This document shows positions 1 to 9,196 of a DNA stretch of 64,000 nt, in pieces. A program made the translations under genes and the position numbers. Within the stretch, counting starts at the first letter, position 1; each line of letters opens with the position of its first letter. The notes below the pieces were generated by a model that did no database searches, was not told the origin of the DNA, and saw nothing but the letters and a program-made list of their open reading frames with translations. Source of the DNA: Acidobacteriaceae bacterium (GTDB lineage Bacteria; Acidobacteriota; Terriglobia; Bryobacterales; Bryobacteraceae); contig JAFAYI010000008.1 in assembly GCA_019240475.1 (NCBI GenBank), positions 12,980-76,979 on the forward strand. The letters are read 5' to 3'.

Positions 1-379
1 GTCTGCGGCCCAGAGCTTGCCGGTTCTGAAAGCGCCGGTGATCACCAAGGTCGACCCCGCTTCCGTAACCGCGACTTACAGCGCGTTCTCCCTGATGGTT
101 TTTGGCAGTGGCTACGCGTCCGATTCGGCCATCGAGCTGAATGGCGTTTCGGTGAGCACAGCTTTCATCGACAGCACGGAAATGCACGCTCACGTGCCGC
201 GAAGCGGCTACTTGACGGGAGACGACGGCGCTTTCGTTTTGTTCTTCGATTCCTTGAAGGGACGCGTTCAGACGATTACGTTGATGATCTCGCATCCCAG
301 TTACTCAACTACCAAATCGGTAAGCGTCGCCGTGATGCAAGGAACCACGGCTTCGATCCATATCGACATGAGCTCATAG
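1..379 (+). CDS. 3' end of a gene truncated by the window edge; Ig-like IPT/TIG-type domain protein immediately upstream of the sheath gene
   Basis: The frame is open from nt 2, with no stop before the track's TTG at 17, so the gene starts upstream of the window. PVITKVDPASV..FSLMVFGSGY..IELNGVSVST..IDSTEMHAHVP resembles an IPT/TIG Ig-fold repeat. The stop lies 13 nt before the sheath ATG. Confidence 0.4.
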   Translation, partial: SAAQSLPVLKAPVITKVDPASVTATYSAFSLMVFGSGYASDSAIELNGVSVSTAFIDSTEMHAHVPRSGYLTGDDGAFVLFFDSLKGRVQTITLMISHPSYSTTKSVSVAVMQGTTASIHIDMSS

Positions 380-392
380 CAAAGGAGAAAGC

Positions 393-1943
393 ATGCCAGA
401 GTACCTGTATCCGGGCGTTTATGTTGAGGAGATCGATACCGGGAACAAGCCCATTGAGGGCGTCTCCACCAGCACGGCGGGTTTCCTGGGAATTGCCGAA
501 CGCGGCCCGACTACCGCAACCTTCATCTCCAGTTACGCAGCTTTCCAAAGATCGTTCGGTACTTACTATACGGACATCAAGGGGAATCAGGCCTATCTTG
601 CTTACGCGGTAGAGGGCTTTTTCCTGAACGGGGGGCTGCGCTGCTGGATCGCGCGGGCCACGTCATCGACGGCCAAGACGGCAACTATAACAAGTGGCGC
701 TATCACCGTCAACTCCGCAGGCCCGGGAATATATGGCAATAACATCGCGTTCTGGATCCGCGCGGCTTCCATCGCTCCGAAAGACGCCACGCGCTTCCGG
801 CTGACCCTATATTACTGGGCGTCGTCGGCCGATGCCGCTGCCGCCTTGGCCGCGTTCGATCCCAAGACGGGCATCTTGAATCCCGCACCGGGGCAGTCCG
901 AAGACTTCGATAACCTCTCGACTAATCCGAACTCCTCTATGTATTTCGCCGGAGCGCTTGCGGGTTCTTCGAACCTAGTTACGGTGTCGCCGGCAGCGGG
1001 CGGTGCGCTGGCCGTGACCGCGAAACCCGCCTTACTCGCCGGTGGCGACGACGGCGGCGCGTTGACCCTCGCTGACTTCGAGGGCAGCAGCACGGATCCG
1101 ACAAACTTGACGGGTCTTGCCGCGCTCAACGCCGTCGACGAAATATCGCTGCTTTGCTGCCCGGACGAGAACTCCCAGCCTGCTGGACAGATCGCTGTCC
1201 AACTAGAGGCCGCCTGCAGCAATCTGAAAGACCGGTTCGCCATACTCAATTCACCTGCGAACGCCGGCGTGCCATCGAATGTCGTGCCGACCGTGAACTC
1301 GCAGCGCGGATATGCGGCGTATTACTATCCCTGGCTGAAAGTTATCAATCCGGTCAACAACATCGCGACTTTGATTCCACCGGGCGGCCATATGGCGGGC
1401 ATTTACGCCCGCAGCGATAACAACGAGAATGTCGCTAAAGATCCAGCGAACGAGCCCATCAGCGGCATCGATTCTCTCCAGTTGCCGATCGACAATCAAA
1501 CCCAGGCCGTTCTCAACCCGATTGGCGTCAACTGCCTGCGCTTCTTCAAAGGACAAGGCAATCTGGTCTGGGGTGGACGCACGACCTCGCCGGATCCCGA
1601 CTGGCAATACGTGAACGTCCGCCGACTGTTCATATACATCGAGAAGTCGATACAGCAGGGCACGCAGTGGGTGGTCTTCGAGCCCAACGACGCTACAACG
1701 TGGGCTCGCGTTCGCCGCAGCATCAGCGACTTCCTGACCGGGCTATGGATGCAAGACATGCTGCAGGGCGCCACCAAAGACCAGGCTTTCTTCGTTCGCT
1801 GCGACAGCACGACCATGACGCAGGCCGATATCGAGAACGGGCGCTTGATCGCCGTGATCGGCGTGGCCCCCGTCTATCCGGCAGAATTCGTGATCTTCCG
1901 TATCGGCCAGTGGAGCGGCGGAGCCTCGGTGACCGAAGGTTAG
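393..1943 (+). CDS. contractile injection system tail sheath protein, paralogue 1 (Afp2-4/Pvc2-4-like)
   Basis: The ATG follows an AAAGGAGAAA RBS. The N-terminal MPEYLYPGVYVEEID and the C-terminal GVNCLRFFKGQGNLVWGGRT..WQYVNVRRLFIYIEKS blocks are hallmark phage/CIS sheath motifs. Confidence 0.9.
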   Translation: MPEYLYPGVYVEEIDTGNKPIEGVSTSTAGFLGIAERGPTTATFISSYAAFQRSFGTYYTDIKGNQAYLAYAVEGFFLNGGLRCWIARATSSTAKTATITSGAITVNSAGPGIYGNNIAFWIRAASIAPKDATRFRLTLYYWASSADAAAALAAFDPKTGILNPAPGQSEDFDNLSTNPNSSMYFAGALAGSSNLVTVSPAAGGALAVTAKPALLAGGDDGGALTLADFEGSSTDPTNLTGLAALNAVDEISLLCCPDENSQPAGQIAVQLEAACSNLKDRFAILNSPANAGVPSNVVPTVNSQRGYAAYYYPWLKVINPVNNIATLIPPGGHMAGIYARSDNNENVAKDPANEPISGIDSLQLPIDNQTQAVLNPIGVNCLRFFKGQGNLVWGGRTTSPDPDWQYVNVRRLFIYIEKSIQQGTQWVVFEPNDATTWARVRRSISDFLTGLWMQDMLQGATKDQAFFVRCDSTTMTQADIENGRLIAVIGVAPVYPAEFVIFRIGQWSGGASVTEG

Positions 1944-1967
1944 TGGGAATTACTTCAGGAGAACAGC

Positions 1968-2402
1968 ATGGCACAACGGAACGATCCCTACTCAGGGTTT
2001 AATTTTTTGATCGAAATCGATGGAGTGGTGAAAGGAGGCTTCAGCGAGTGCAGCGGCCTGACCAGCGACACCAATGTTATCGAGTACCGAGAGGGAAACG
2101 AAAAGCAACTCACTGCGCGGCAAATACCGGGCTTGATGAAGTACACGCATATCGTCCTGAAGCGCGGATATAGCTCCGACCAGTCACTGTGGACCTGGCG
2201 CCAGCGGGTCATCGATGGCAACGTCGACCGGCGCTCCGGCTCAATCACGCTGCTCGATGACGCACGAAACCCCGCACTCACCTGGAACTTCAGAGAGGGC
2301 TGGCCATCTAAATTGGACGGCCCAAGTCTCAACGCGAAAACGAGTGACGTCGCAATCGAGACGCTGGAGATCTGCCATGAGGGCATCGAACTGGCCAGCT
2401 GA
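1968..2402 (+). CDS. tail tube protein, paralogue 1 (gp19/Afp1-like)
   Basis: CAGGAGAAC RBS; 144 aa. YSGFNFLIEIDGV.KGGFSECSGL..IEYREGN is the typical gp19-type tube signature. The gene directly follows the sheath. Confidence 0.85.
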   Translation: MAQRNDPYSGFNFLIEIDGVVKGGFSECSGLTSDTNVIEYREGNEKQLTARQIPGLMKYTHIVLKRGYSSDQSLWTWRQRVIDGNVDRRSGSITLLDDARNPALTWNFREGWPSKLDGPSLNAKTSDVAIETLEICHEGIELAS

Positions 2403-2425
2403 TCTGAGTTAAAGGAGAGCTATCC

Positions 2426-4786
2426 ATTCCCCCCTACGTCACTCCCGGTATCTATCAGGCAGCCATACCGCCTGCGCCAGACATTCGTTTGGTGAGGACC
2501 GACATTGCCGGATTCTTCGGCTTTGCCGAGCGCGGGCCGCTGCCCGACCGGGATGAGACGGATCCCGGCAAGCGGACTCAGGCAGCTGTAAAAATAACTT
2601 CCTGGAACGACTTTCGGTTGAAGTTTGGAGGATTTCTTCCTTATAGCTATCTCGCTTATGCCGTGCGGGGATTCTTCGCCACAGGAGGCAAGGAGTGCTA
2701 TGTCGTCCGCGTCGGGGCGGCGGCAAAGAAGCCGGCTACGGCCGTGCTGCCGTTGCCCGCGGCGATCACGTCTAGAACTTTGGCGAATCTTGCGGTGAAC
2801 TCCAGCGCCGGTGATACCCAGATCGCTTTCGATGCGGATGTAGACTTGGCGCCCGGTGCTTGTATCGTGGTCGGCGACCCTTCGCTTAACCCGCAACTGT
2901 CAGTCGCGAGCGTGATCGACCAACGCACTATCACTGTGCAACCCGCGCTTGGAACCACGTATTCTGCCGGCGACCCGGTATTCGCTCTTTCAGGGCCGGC
3001 AGTCGCCGCGCCGGTGACTTCAGTGGCGGCCGCAACCACCGTGGGCCAGACTCGAATTCAGCTCGATTGTTCGCAGGTTCTTGGAATACAGGCAGGATGC
3101 CTGGTTGCGCTCGGCGATCCGATCAATGGTGAATGCGTGTCCGTCGCCAGCGTGGTCGACGATCAGTTCATTACAGTCCAGCCGGCGCTTCAGTCGCTCC
3201 ATCCTGTCGGCGAACCTGTGTATCCGGTCTCCGGGTCCGCGCTTACATCCTCCGTTGCCGCGGGAGCGTCCAATTTGCAGGTCAGCAATGGCGCGTTTCA
3301 ACCGGACGACCTAGTTAGTGTTGAGGGCAACGGCATTCGCGAAATTCGTGTCGTTACAAGCACTCCATCGACCTCCAGCATACAGCTCGGGAGGGCGCTG
3401 CAATTCGGCTACGACGTTGGCGCGCTTGTACGCAAATACGAGACCGCGTTGACTGCAACAGCATTGAGTCCAGGAGAGTGGGGAAACCACATCAAGCTCC
3501 AGATCGTAGCCCTCGATCCTGGCGACGCGGTGACGCACTTCTCGCTGAGGGTCACAGTCGATCAAGGCGCAGATCCCACGCAGCCTATGCAACAGGAGTT
3601 CTATCCGCTCCTGTCGCTCGATCCAAACGACCCGTCTCCGAGCGACATTTACGCGCCCTGCGTTGTTCAGAACATGTCGGCTCTGATCCAACTCGAGTTG
3701 GCCGGCGCCCCCTTCGACTGCAAAGCGTCACCCCGAGTCACGCCGCCTCAAACCTTCCTCCTCTCGGGCGTGGGACCGCTTGCGACCTACGATCTTTATC
3801 TCGAAGGCGGTTCGGATGGCGGTCTACCGGCGCAATCTTACGCGGAGCCTCCAGATGCCGAGACCCAGGATTTTCAGGACGCGCTGGACGTGCTCGGACT
3901 GGTCGATGAAATCGCAATCCTGTGCTGTCCCGACGCCGCCGGTCCTCTGCCGCCGATAAACACGAACCATCGCTGGTCAATGAGCGCGATCCAACAAGCC
4001 ATGGTTGACCAGTGCGTAAACCTGCAATATCGCGTGGCCGTGTTGGATACGCCGATGTCGCTCACGCCCAACGCGACGATGCCACTACAACCGGCTCAGG
4101 CTGTGAGTTGGTTGAAGCAGCAGGCCCACCCGCAGCCGGCAACGCGTTTTGCCGCAGTCTACTATCCCTGGCTCAGCGTGCCGGACGAACTGGGTGTCGA
4201 GGGCCCGAATCGGCGCGTTCCGCCATGCGGGCACGTGGCGGGCGCATACGCTTTCACTGACAACAACTTTGGGGTTCAGAAGCCTCCGGCTAACGTCGAA
4301 CTGCATTTCGTGTCGGATGTGGAGCTCGCCGTAACCGACCAGCAGCAAGGATTTCTGAATCAGCAAGGCATCAACGCCATCCGGCCTATCCCCGGGCGCG
4401 GCATTCGTATCTGGGGAGCACGTTCCATTTCGACGGACTCCGATTGGATCTACATTCATACCCGCAGGCTTATGTCGATGATTGAGGACTCGGTCGAGAA
4501 GGCCAGCCGCTGGGTCGTGTTCCAGAACAACGACGACGACCTGCGCCGGATGCTGACTCATTCGCTCAACGTTTTTCTCGAATCCATTCGGCTCACGGGC
4601 GGGCTGAAAGGACTTCGTGCGGCCGACAGCTACTTCGTCAAATGCGATAGCACGAACAATCCGCCGGCCACCATCGATGCCGGGCAATTGGTCTGCCAGG
4701 TAGGGGTCGCCATTGCAGCTCCCATGGAATTCCTGGTTTTTGACATTCGGCGGTCGGTGGCAGGAGCGCAGGTTGTGGAGGCGTAA
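2426..4786 (+). CDS. tail sheath protein, paralogue 2 (long form with central insertion); probable non-canonical ATT start
   Basis: The track ORF starts at TTG 2489, but the frame is open from 2408. The upstream codons encode PPYVTPGIYQ, which aligns position-for-position with MPEYLYPGVYVE of sheath 1. ATT 2426 lies 8 nt after GGAG (2414-2417). The C-terminal GINAIRPIPGRGIRIWGARS..WIYIHTRRLMSMIEDSV matches the sheath C-domain. Confidence 0.8.
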   Translation: MPPYVTPGIYQAAIPPAPDIRLVRTDIAGFFGFAERGPLPDRDETDPGKRTQAAVKITSWNDFRLKFGGFLPYSYLAYAVRGFFATGGKECYVVRVGAAAKKPATAVLPLPAAITSRTLANLAVNSSAGDTQIAFDADVDLAPGACIVVGDPSLNPQLSVASVIDQRTITVQPALGTTYSAGDPVFALSGPAVAAPVTSVAAATTVGQTRIQLDCSQVLGIQAGCLVALGDPINGECVSVASVVDDQFITVQPALQSLHPVGEPVYPVSGSALTSSVAAGASNLQVSNGAFQPDDLVSVEGNGIREIRVVTSTPSTSSIQLGRALQFGYDVGALVRKYETALTATALSPGEWGNHIKLQIVALDPGDAVTHFSLRVTVDQGADPTQPMQQEFYPLLSLDPNDPSPSDIYAPCVVQNMSALIQLELAGAPFDCKASPRVTPPQTFLLSGVGPLATYDLYLEGGSDGGLPAQSYAEPPDAETQDFQDALDVLGLVDEIAILCCPDAAGPLPPINTNHRWSMSAIQQAMVDQCVNLQYRVAVLDTPMSLTPNATMPLQPAQAVSWLKQQAHPQPATRFAAVYYPWLSVPDELGVEGPNRRVPPCGHVAGAYAFTDNNFGVQKPPANVELHFVSDVELAVTDQQQGFLNQQGINAIRPIPGRGIRIWGARSISTDSDWIYIHTRRLMSMIEDSVEKASRWVVFQNNDDDLRRMLTHSLNVFLESIRLTGGLKGLRAADSYFVKCDSTNNPPATIDAGQLVCQVGVAIAAPMEFLVFDIRRSVAGAQVVEA

Positions 4787-5272
4787 ATGGGGACGCTAAG
4801 AATCGATCCGTTAGGCGCTTATAACTTCTATCTGACGCTGCTGGATGCGCAGAACACGCTGGGCACGTTGATCAACGTCGCTCTCAATTACTTCGTAGCG
4901 GGCTTTTCCGAATGCTCTGGAATCGAGGCCAGCTTCGAAACCATGGATCTGAAAGAGGGAGGGGTAAATTCACACGTGTGGAAGCTTCCCGTCCGGGCCT
5001 CACATTCGAACATAACCATGAAGCACGGCGCCATTTACGCGTACGACGACCTTTGGGATTGGCACTACGGCTGGGTGCAAGGACAAGGAAAACGCAAGGA
5101 CGGCCTGATTGTCCTGAACGACAACGGGGGCAACCCCGCAAAGATGTGGAAATTCCGGCGCGGCATTCCCGTGAAGTGGTCCGGGCCAAGCTTGAATGCT
5201 TCGCAGAACAGTGTTGCAATCGAGTCGCTCGAGATTGCGCACGAAGGGCTGGAGATGCAATTAGGAGATTGA
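4787..5272 (+). CDS. tail tube protein, paralogue 2 (Afp5-like)
   Basis: TAAATG junction with sheath 2. YNFYLTLLD..AGFSECSGIEASFE and the C-terminal AIESLEIAHEGLE mirror tube 1 (AIETLEICHEGIE). Confidence 0.85.
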   Translation: MGTLRIDPLGAYNFYLTLLDAQNTLGTLINVALNYFVAGFSECSGIEASFETMDLKEGGVNSHVWKLPVRASHSNITMKHGAIYAYDDLWDWHYGWVQGQGKRKDGLIVLNDNGGNPAKMWKFRRGIPVKWSGPSLNASQNSVAIESLEIAHEGLEMQLGD

Positions 5273-5276
5273 ACCG

Positions 5277-5483
5277 ATGCGGAACGAACCCAATCAGGTC
5301 TTGATCGATCAAGTCAAGACCGATGTCGTGATTACGGAAGGTATTGGGCCCTTGAGCCGGGCCGATGTCCAGCAGCTAGTCTCCGTTGTGCTCCAGCACA
5401 TTCGGCATGAACAGGACCGGAACGCTCAGCGAGAAAGAGACACGACCATCACCAACGCCGTGTTCCCGTCGCACATCCGGTAA
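5277..5483 (+). CDS. small CIS-associated protein of unknown function (occupies the Afp6/Pvc6 position)
   Basis: 68 aa. The ATG follows an AGGAG RBS. The ORF is wedged between tube 2 and the LysM protein with 4-nt gaps on both sides. No motif recognised. Confidence 0.4.
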   Translation: MRNEPNQVLIDQVKTDVVITEGIGPLSRADVQQLVSVVLQHIRHEQDRNAQRERDTTITNAVFPSHIR

Positions 5484-5487
5484 CGCC

Positions 5488-6165
5488 ATGCAACTCGCCA
5501 AGCTCACTTTCATCACCGAGGACGGAAGCCAAACCATCCAAGCTCTCTACAATCCCGAAAAGTATTCGGTCAATAAGAGCGTGCAATATGCCGAGATCGG
5601 AATTCCTGGGCTGGATGAGCCCGTGCTGCAGTTTATTCGCGGTCAAAACGAAAAGGTGACGCTTGACCTGTTCTTCGACACAACCGAGCAGGGCATGGCG
5701 GACAGCGTCGCCGACGTTCGGACGCTGACTTTGAGCGTATATAACTTGCTGATAGTGGACACTGAAACCCACGCACCGCCGCGTTTCAGCATTGAGTGGG
5801 GAGCCGGTTATTCGCTTTTCGGCCAGGGATTCACTTCACAGCTTTGTGTGCTCGAGAGCATGAACGAGGAATTCACGCTTTTCGCTCCCACTGGCGAGCC
5901 GCTGCGCGCCAAGCTGACCGTGACGATCCGAATGGCTGCCAGTGTGGAGCTGCAATTCAAAGAGAATCCTCGTCACTCGCCGGACCGCACGACCATGGTG
6001 ACCGTCTCTCGAGGACAGCGCATCAGCGACATCGCGTATCAACAGTACGGCGACCCGACCCAATGGCGGCCGATAGCGGATGCGAATCCTTCCATCGGAA
6101 ATCCGCGGTTCCTGACTGCGGGAACGATTCTCACCATTCCCAGTCTGAGGGGAGGAAGCTCGTAG
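5488..6165 (+). CDS. LysM-domain tube-initiator/baseplate hub adaptor (Afp7/Pvc7-like)
   Basis: ATG 5488 lies 4 nt after the previous TAA; the track ORF from 5386 would overlap that gene. The N-terminus is tube-like (LTFITEDG..ALYNPEKYSVNKSVQYAE). The C-terminus is a LysM domain (ISDIAYQQYGDPTQWRPIADANP..LTAGTILTIP). Confidence 0.75.
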   Translation: MQLAKLTFITEDGSQTIQALYNPEKYSVNKSVQYAEIGIPGLDEPVLQFIRGQNEKVTLDLFFDTTEQGMADSVADVRTLTLSVYNLLIVDTETHAPPRFSIEWGAGYSLFGQGFTSQLCVLESMNEEFTLFAPTGEPLRAKLTVTIRMAASVELQFKENPRHSPDRTTMVTVSRGQRISDIAYQQYGDPTQWRPIADANPSIGNPRFLTAGTILTIPSLRGGSS

Positions 6166-7446
6166 ATGGCCAGCGCGCCTGCCGCTCAGCCCGGACTCCG
6201 AACGGACCAGTTGTCGTCCCAAGACGACTTCTACGTCCCGGCTTATCGCGTGCTGCTCAACGGAAAAGACCAACAGCAGCTCGTGCAGGACATCCTCAGC
6301 GTGACGTTTCACGATAGTCTCACGGAAGTCGATTCTGTCGATCTTATCGTAAATAACTGGGACCCGGGCGATCCAGTGCAAGGGCAGGCGGTACAGGGGA
6401 AATTTCGATACCACAATTCGAGCCTCTTCGATCCGGGACAGCAACTCGAAATCCAGATGGGCTACTATCGGCGCGGCAAAGACGATCTGCAACAGATGAT
6501 GCTGGGCAAGATTTCTTCCATGGCCCCCAATTTCCCGGCTTCGGGCGGTTCCACACTGACTGTTCGCGCCCTCAGCCTTCTGCACCAGTTCCGAACCAAG
6601 CAGAAGACGATGCAGTTCAAGAACAAGACCGACTCGCAAATTGCTCAGCAGATTGTCCAGGACATTAACAAGGATGTACACAGCCCGGGGGGCGGCAAGA
6701 AAATACCCAATATCAAAATCCAGATGCTGGACCAGGAGGTCCAGAACAATATCAAGCAAAACAAAGAGAAGCCCTGGCCATACCTGGAAATGCACAATCA
6801 ATATCCGATTGTGTTTCTGATGCAAAGGTCGCGTGAGGTCGGTTATGACATCTCAGTTGATGATCAGACGGACTCGAGCGGGCTGCGCACAGTTACGTTT
6901 CATTACCGGCTGAACAAATCGGTGCTGCGGCCGAGCTATGTGCTGGTGTGGGGCACTTCCTTAATCAGCTTCCAACCGACTCTTCAGACGGCGAGGCAAG
7001 TGGACGCCGTAACGGTAAATGGCTGGAACGTGCAAACTAAACAACCGATCTCGAAGACGGTGAAACGCGCGGACCTGGTTCAAAAAGGCCAGAAGCTCAT
7101 TATGCCGCAGGATCTGGGGATGACCGACAACCCCATGGCGGACCAGATGGAAGTGATCGTCGATCGTGGACTGAGCAGCCCAGACGAAGCGCAGCAGATC
7201 GCCGAGAGGACGCTGCTCCAGATTTCGCAACAGTTTATCGAAGCGAAAGGCAAGACTATCGGTGTTCCGGATCTGCGCGCGGGAAGCAAGGTGCAGATCT
7301 GCATGCGTGCGGCAGACGTGACCAGCAACTCACCGGCTGACCGGTTTTCGGGCATTTATCAGGTAACAGAGACTACGCATACTTTCAGCGATAGTGGCTA
7401 CACGACCGACTTTTCGTGTCGCATGGAATCAAAAACTTTTCTCTAG
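6166..7446 (+). CDS. phage late-control gpD-like / VgrG N-terminal (gp27-like) baseplate hub protein
   Basis: TAGATG junction; 426 aa. FYVPAYRVLLNG..VTFHDSL..DLIVNNWD and the C-terminal YQVTETTHTFSDSGYTTDF are typical of the gpD family. Confidence 0.75.
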   Translation: MASAPAAQPGLRTDQLSSQDDFYVPAYRVLLNGKDQQQLVQDILSVTFHDSLTEVDSVDLIVNNWDPGDPVQGQAVQGKFRYHNSSLFDPGQQLEIQMGYYRRGKDDLQQMMLGKISSMAPNFPASGGSTLTVRALSLLHQFRTKQKTMQFKNKTDSQIAQQIVQDINKDVHSPGGGKKIPNIKIQMLDQEVQNNIKQNKEKPWPYLEMHNQYPIVFLMQRSREVGYDISVDDQTDSSGLRTVTFHYRLNKSVLRPSYVLVWGTSLISFQPTLQTARQVDAVTVNGWNVQTKQPISKTVKRADLVQKGQKLIMPQDLGMTDNPMADQMEVIVDRGLSSPDEAQQIAERTLLQISQQFIEAKGKTIGVPDLRAGSKVQICMRAADVTSNSPADRFSGIYQVTETTHTFSDSGYTTDFSCRMESKTFL

Positions 7447-7472
7447 GCGGAATAGCGAGTAAGGAGGAGACC

Positions 7473-8012
7473 GTGGCGATAGTAAACGGCGTGGCAATAG
7501 GCATCGTAACGGATGTGCGGTTAGGCGAGGTGAGGGTACATTTTCCGTGGCTCGATGAGGCGCATGAAACGGACTGGATTCGAATCGCCACTACTATGAG
7601 CGGCGGCAACGCCGGATCCTTCTTTATGCCTAACGTCAAGGACGAAGTGCTGGTGGCGTTCGATCACGGTGATACCCGCTTGCCGTATGTCATCGGTTTT
7701 CTGTGGAACGGGCAGGACGCGCCGCCCGCCGCCAGTGTCCTCGACCGAAAGCTGGTTTCGAAAAACGGGCACCAGATTCGATTTATGGATTCGACGCCGG
7801 AGGGCGGGACCGCGGGCGCGGTCGTCATCGAAGATGCAAGCGGGAATCGCATCACTCTGTCAGCGGGAAAAGTCGTCGTGCAGAGTAAATTCATGATCGA
7901 AATCGAAGGACCGGCGATTTATCTGCAAGGACCCGATTTGGATCCGGACGGCAGCGGCCCTCCACAAAAAGCCTGGAAACGTAGAGTGCTGCCGAACAGT
8001 AACGACATCTGA
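7473..8012 (+). CDS. gpV/gp5-type OB-fold spike protein
   Basis: GTG 7473 is preferred: the AAGGAGGAG RBS ends 4 nt upstream, whereas the track start GTG 7416 overlaps gpD. GIVTDV..GEVRVHFPWLD..WIRIATTMSGGNAGSFFMPNVKDEVLVAFDHGDTRLPYVIGFLWNG is the VgrG/gpV OB-fold signature. Confidence 0.8.
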   Translation: MAIVNGVAIGIVTDVRLGEVRVHFPWLDEAHETDWIRIATTMSGGNAGSFFMPNVKDEVLVAFDHGDTRLPYVIGFLWNGQDAPPAASVLDRKLVSKNGHQIRFMDSTPEGGTAGAVVIEDASGNRITLSAGKVVVQSKFMIEIEGPAIYLQGPDLDPDGSGPPQKAWKRRVLPNSNDI

Positions 8013-8027
8013 TCAGGCCCAACGCGT

Positions 8028-8798
8028 ATGCAGCAGATTGATATACCGATCCCGGCGGACTTGAAGAAGGCGTTCGAATTCCCGCCATGCGTGCAGGTAA
8101 AGCTGAAAACACCGTCCCCGCTAAAGGTTACGTTGCCGACGGGCGGGACCCTGACTGCGTTCTCGGATCTTTCTAAAGGCATTCCCAGCGACTGCTCTCT
8201 AACTTTCAGCCTGCTGCTGCAGATTGCACCGTTTTTGGCGAGCACCGAATGTCTGTTGAAGGTGCTGGGGCTAATCGGCCCTCTGATCGAGTTCGTCAAG
8301 GCAGTGCCGGATCCGATTAAGATTGCCAGCACCGTGCCGAAGTTCCTCAAAGCCGCGGAGGCCGTGATGCCCTGCATTGCGGTGGTCACTGGTCTCGGAA
8401 TCATCCCGTTCATCAAGGATCTTCTTTGTCTCATCATCAAGGCGCTGAATTGTTTCCTAGGGCAGATGAAGACACTGCTCGGCGTTATGAGCGGGCTGAG
8501 CCTGCAACTGTCCGCGGCCCAAGCCAATGGAGATGCGGATCTGACCGCCGCCATTCGTTGCGAACAGGACAACGCGCAAGCCCTGGCTGGAAATCTGACC
8601 GCCTCAATCCAGCCGATTGGCGTGGTCCTTCAATTGGCAGGCACACTTTTCGGAATCGCCGGCATGAAGCCGATTGAGCTGCCCGCTATCGGCTCGGAAA
8701 CCGATCTCGAATCACTGATCACCCTCGTAAGCACTCTGCAGGGAGTAGTCGGAACTCTGCAAATCGTCGCAGATGGTCTGGGAGGGTGCGACTCATGA
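8028..8798 (+). CDS. hypothetical hydrophobic, helical, Cys-containing protein in the spike-tip/PAAR position
   Basis: ATG start; 256 aa. It lies between the spike and gp25 genes, and its stop overlaps the next ATG (ATGA). It has long hydrophobic helical stretches (LLLQIAPFLAS.., IAVVTGLGIIPFIKDLLCLIIKALNCFLG). No family recognised and no PAAR motifs. Confidence 0.5.
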   Translation: MQQIDIPIPADLKKAFEFPPCVQVKLKTPSPLKVTLPTGGTLTAFSDLSKGIPSDCSLTFSLLLQIAPFLASTECLLKVLGLIGPLIEFVKAVPDPIKIASTVPKFLKAAEAVMPCIAVVTGLGIIPFIKDLLCLIIKALNCFLGQMKTLLGVMSGLSLQLSAAQANGDADLTAAIRCEQDNAQALAGNLTASIQPIGVVLQLAGTLFGIAGMKPIELPAIGSETDLESLITLVSTLQGVVGTLQIVADGLGGCDS

Positions 8799-9196
8799 AG
8801 AGCAGCGACTTCATCGGGCAGGGCTGGAGTTTTCCCATCAAGGTGAATACAAAGGGAGGACTCGATTGGTCTAACGGCCCGGACCGCATTCAAGCCGCCA
8901 TTTGGACCATTCTTTCCACGTCGCCGGGTGAGCGACTGATGCTACCGGGCTTCGGCGCGGGAATCAGCGATTACGTTTTCGAATCGAACAGCCAGATTTT
9001 GTGCGCCCGATTGCAAACAGTTGTTCAAAACGCGCTGACGCAATGGGAACCGCGCATACAGGTTGTTTCTGTTCAGGCAAATCCGTCGACCGTTCAGACC
9101 GGTTTGGTGGAGGTTTCGATCAGCTACCAGATCCGCGATACCAACGAGCTATTTAACATGGTCTACCCGTATTTCCTAACCGAGGGAACTGTCTGA
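8795..9196 (+). CDS. GPW/gp25-family baseplate wedge protein (Afp9-like)
   Basis: ATG 8795 overlaps the upstream stop (ATGA). GWSFPI..DRIQAAIWTILSTSPGERLMLPGFGAGISDYVFE is the gp25/GPW signature. Confidence 0.85.
   Translation: MKSSDFIGQGWSFPIKVNTKGGLDWSNGPDRIQAAIWTILSTSPGERLMLPGFGAGISDYVFESNSQILCARLQTVVQNALTQWEPRIQVVSVQANPSTVQTGLVEVSISYQIRDTNELFNMVYPYFLTEGTV

Noticed and set aside
5836-6825. 329-aa minus-strand ORF across the LysM/gpD genes
   Set aside because: It is antisense to two genes with clear family motifs and has no motif of its own. It is a shadow ORF.
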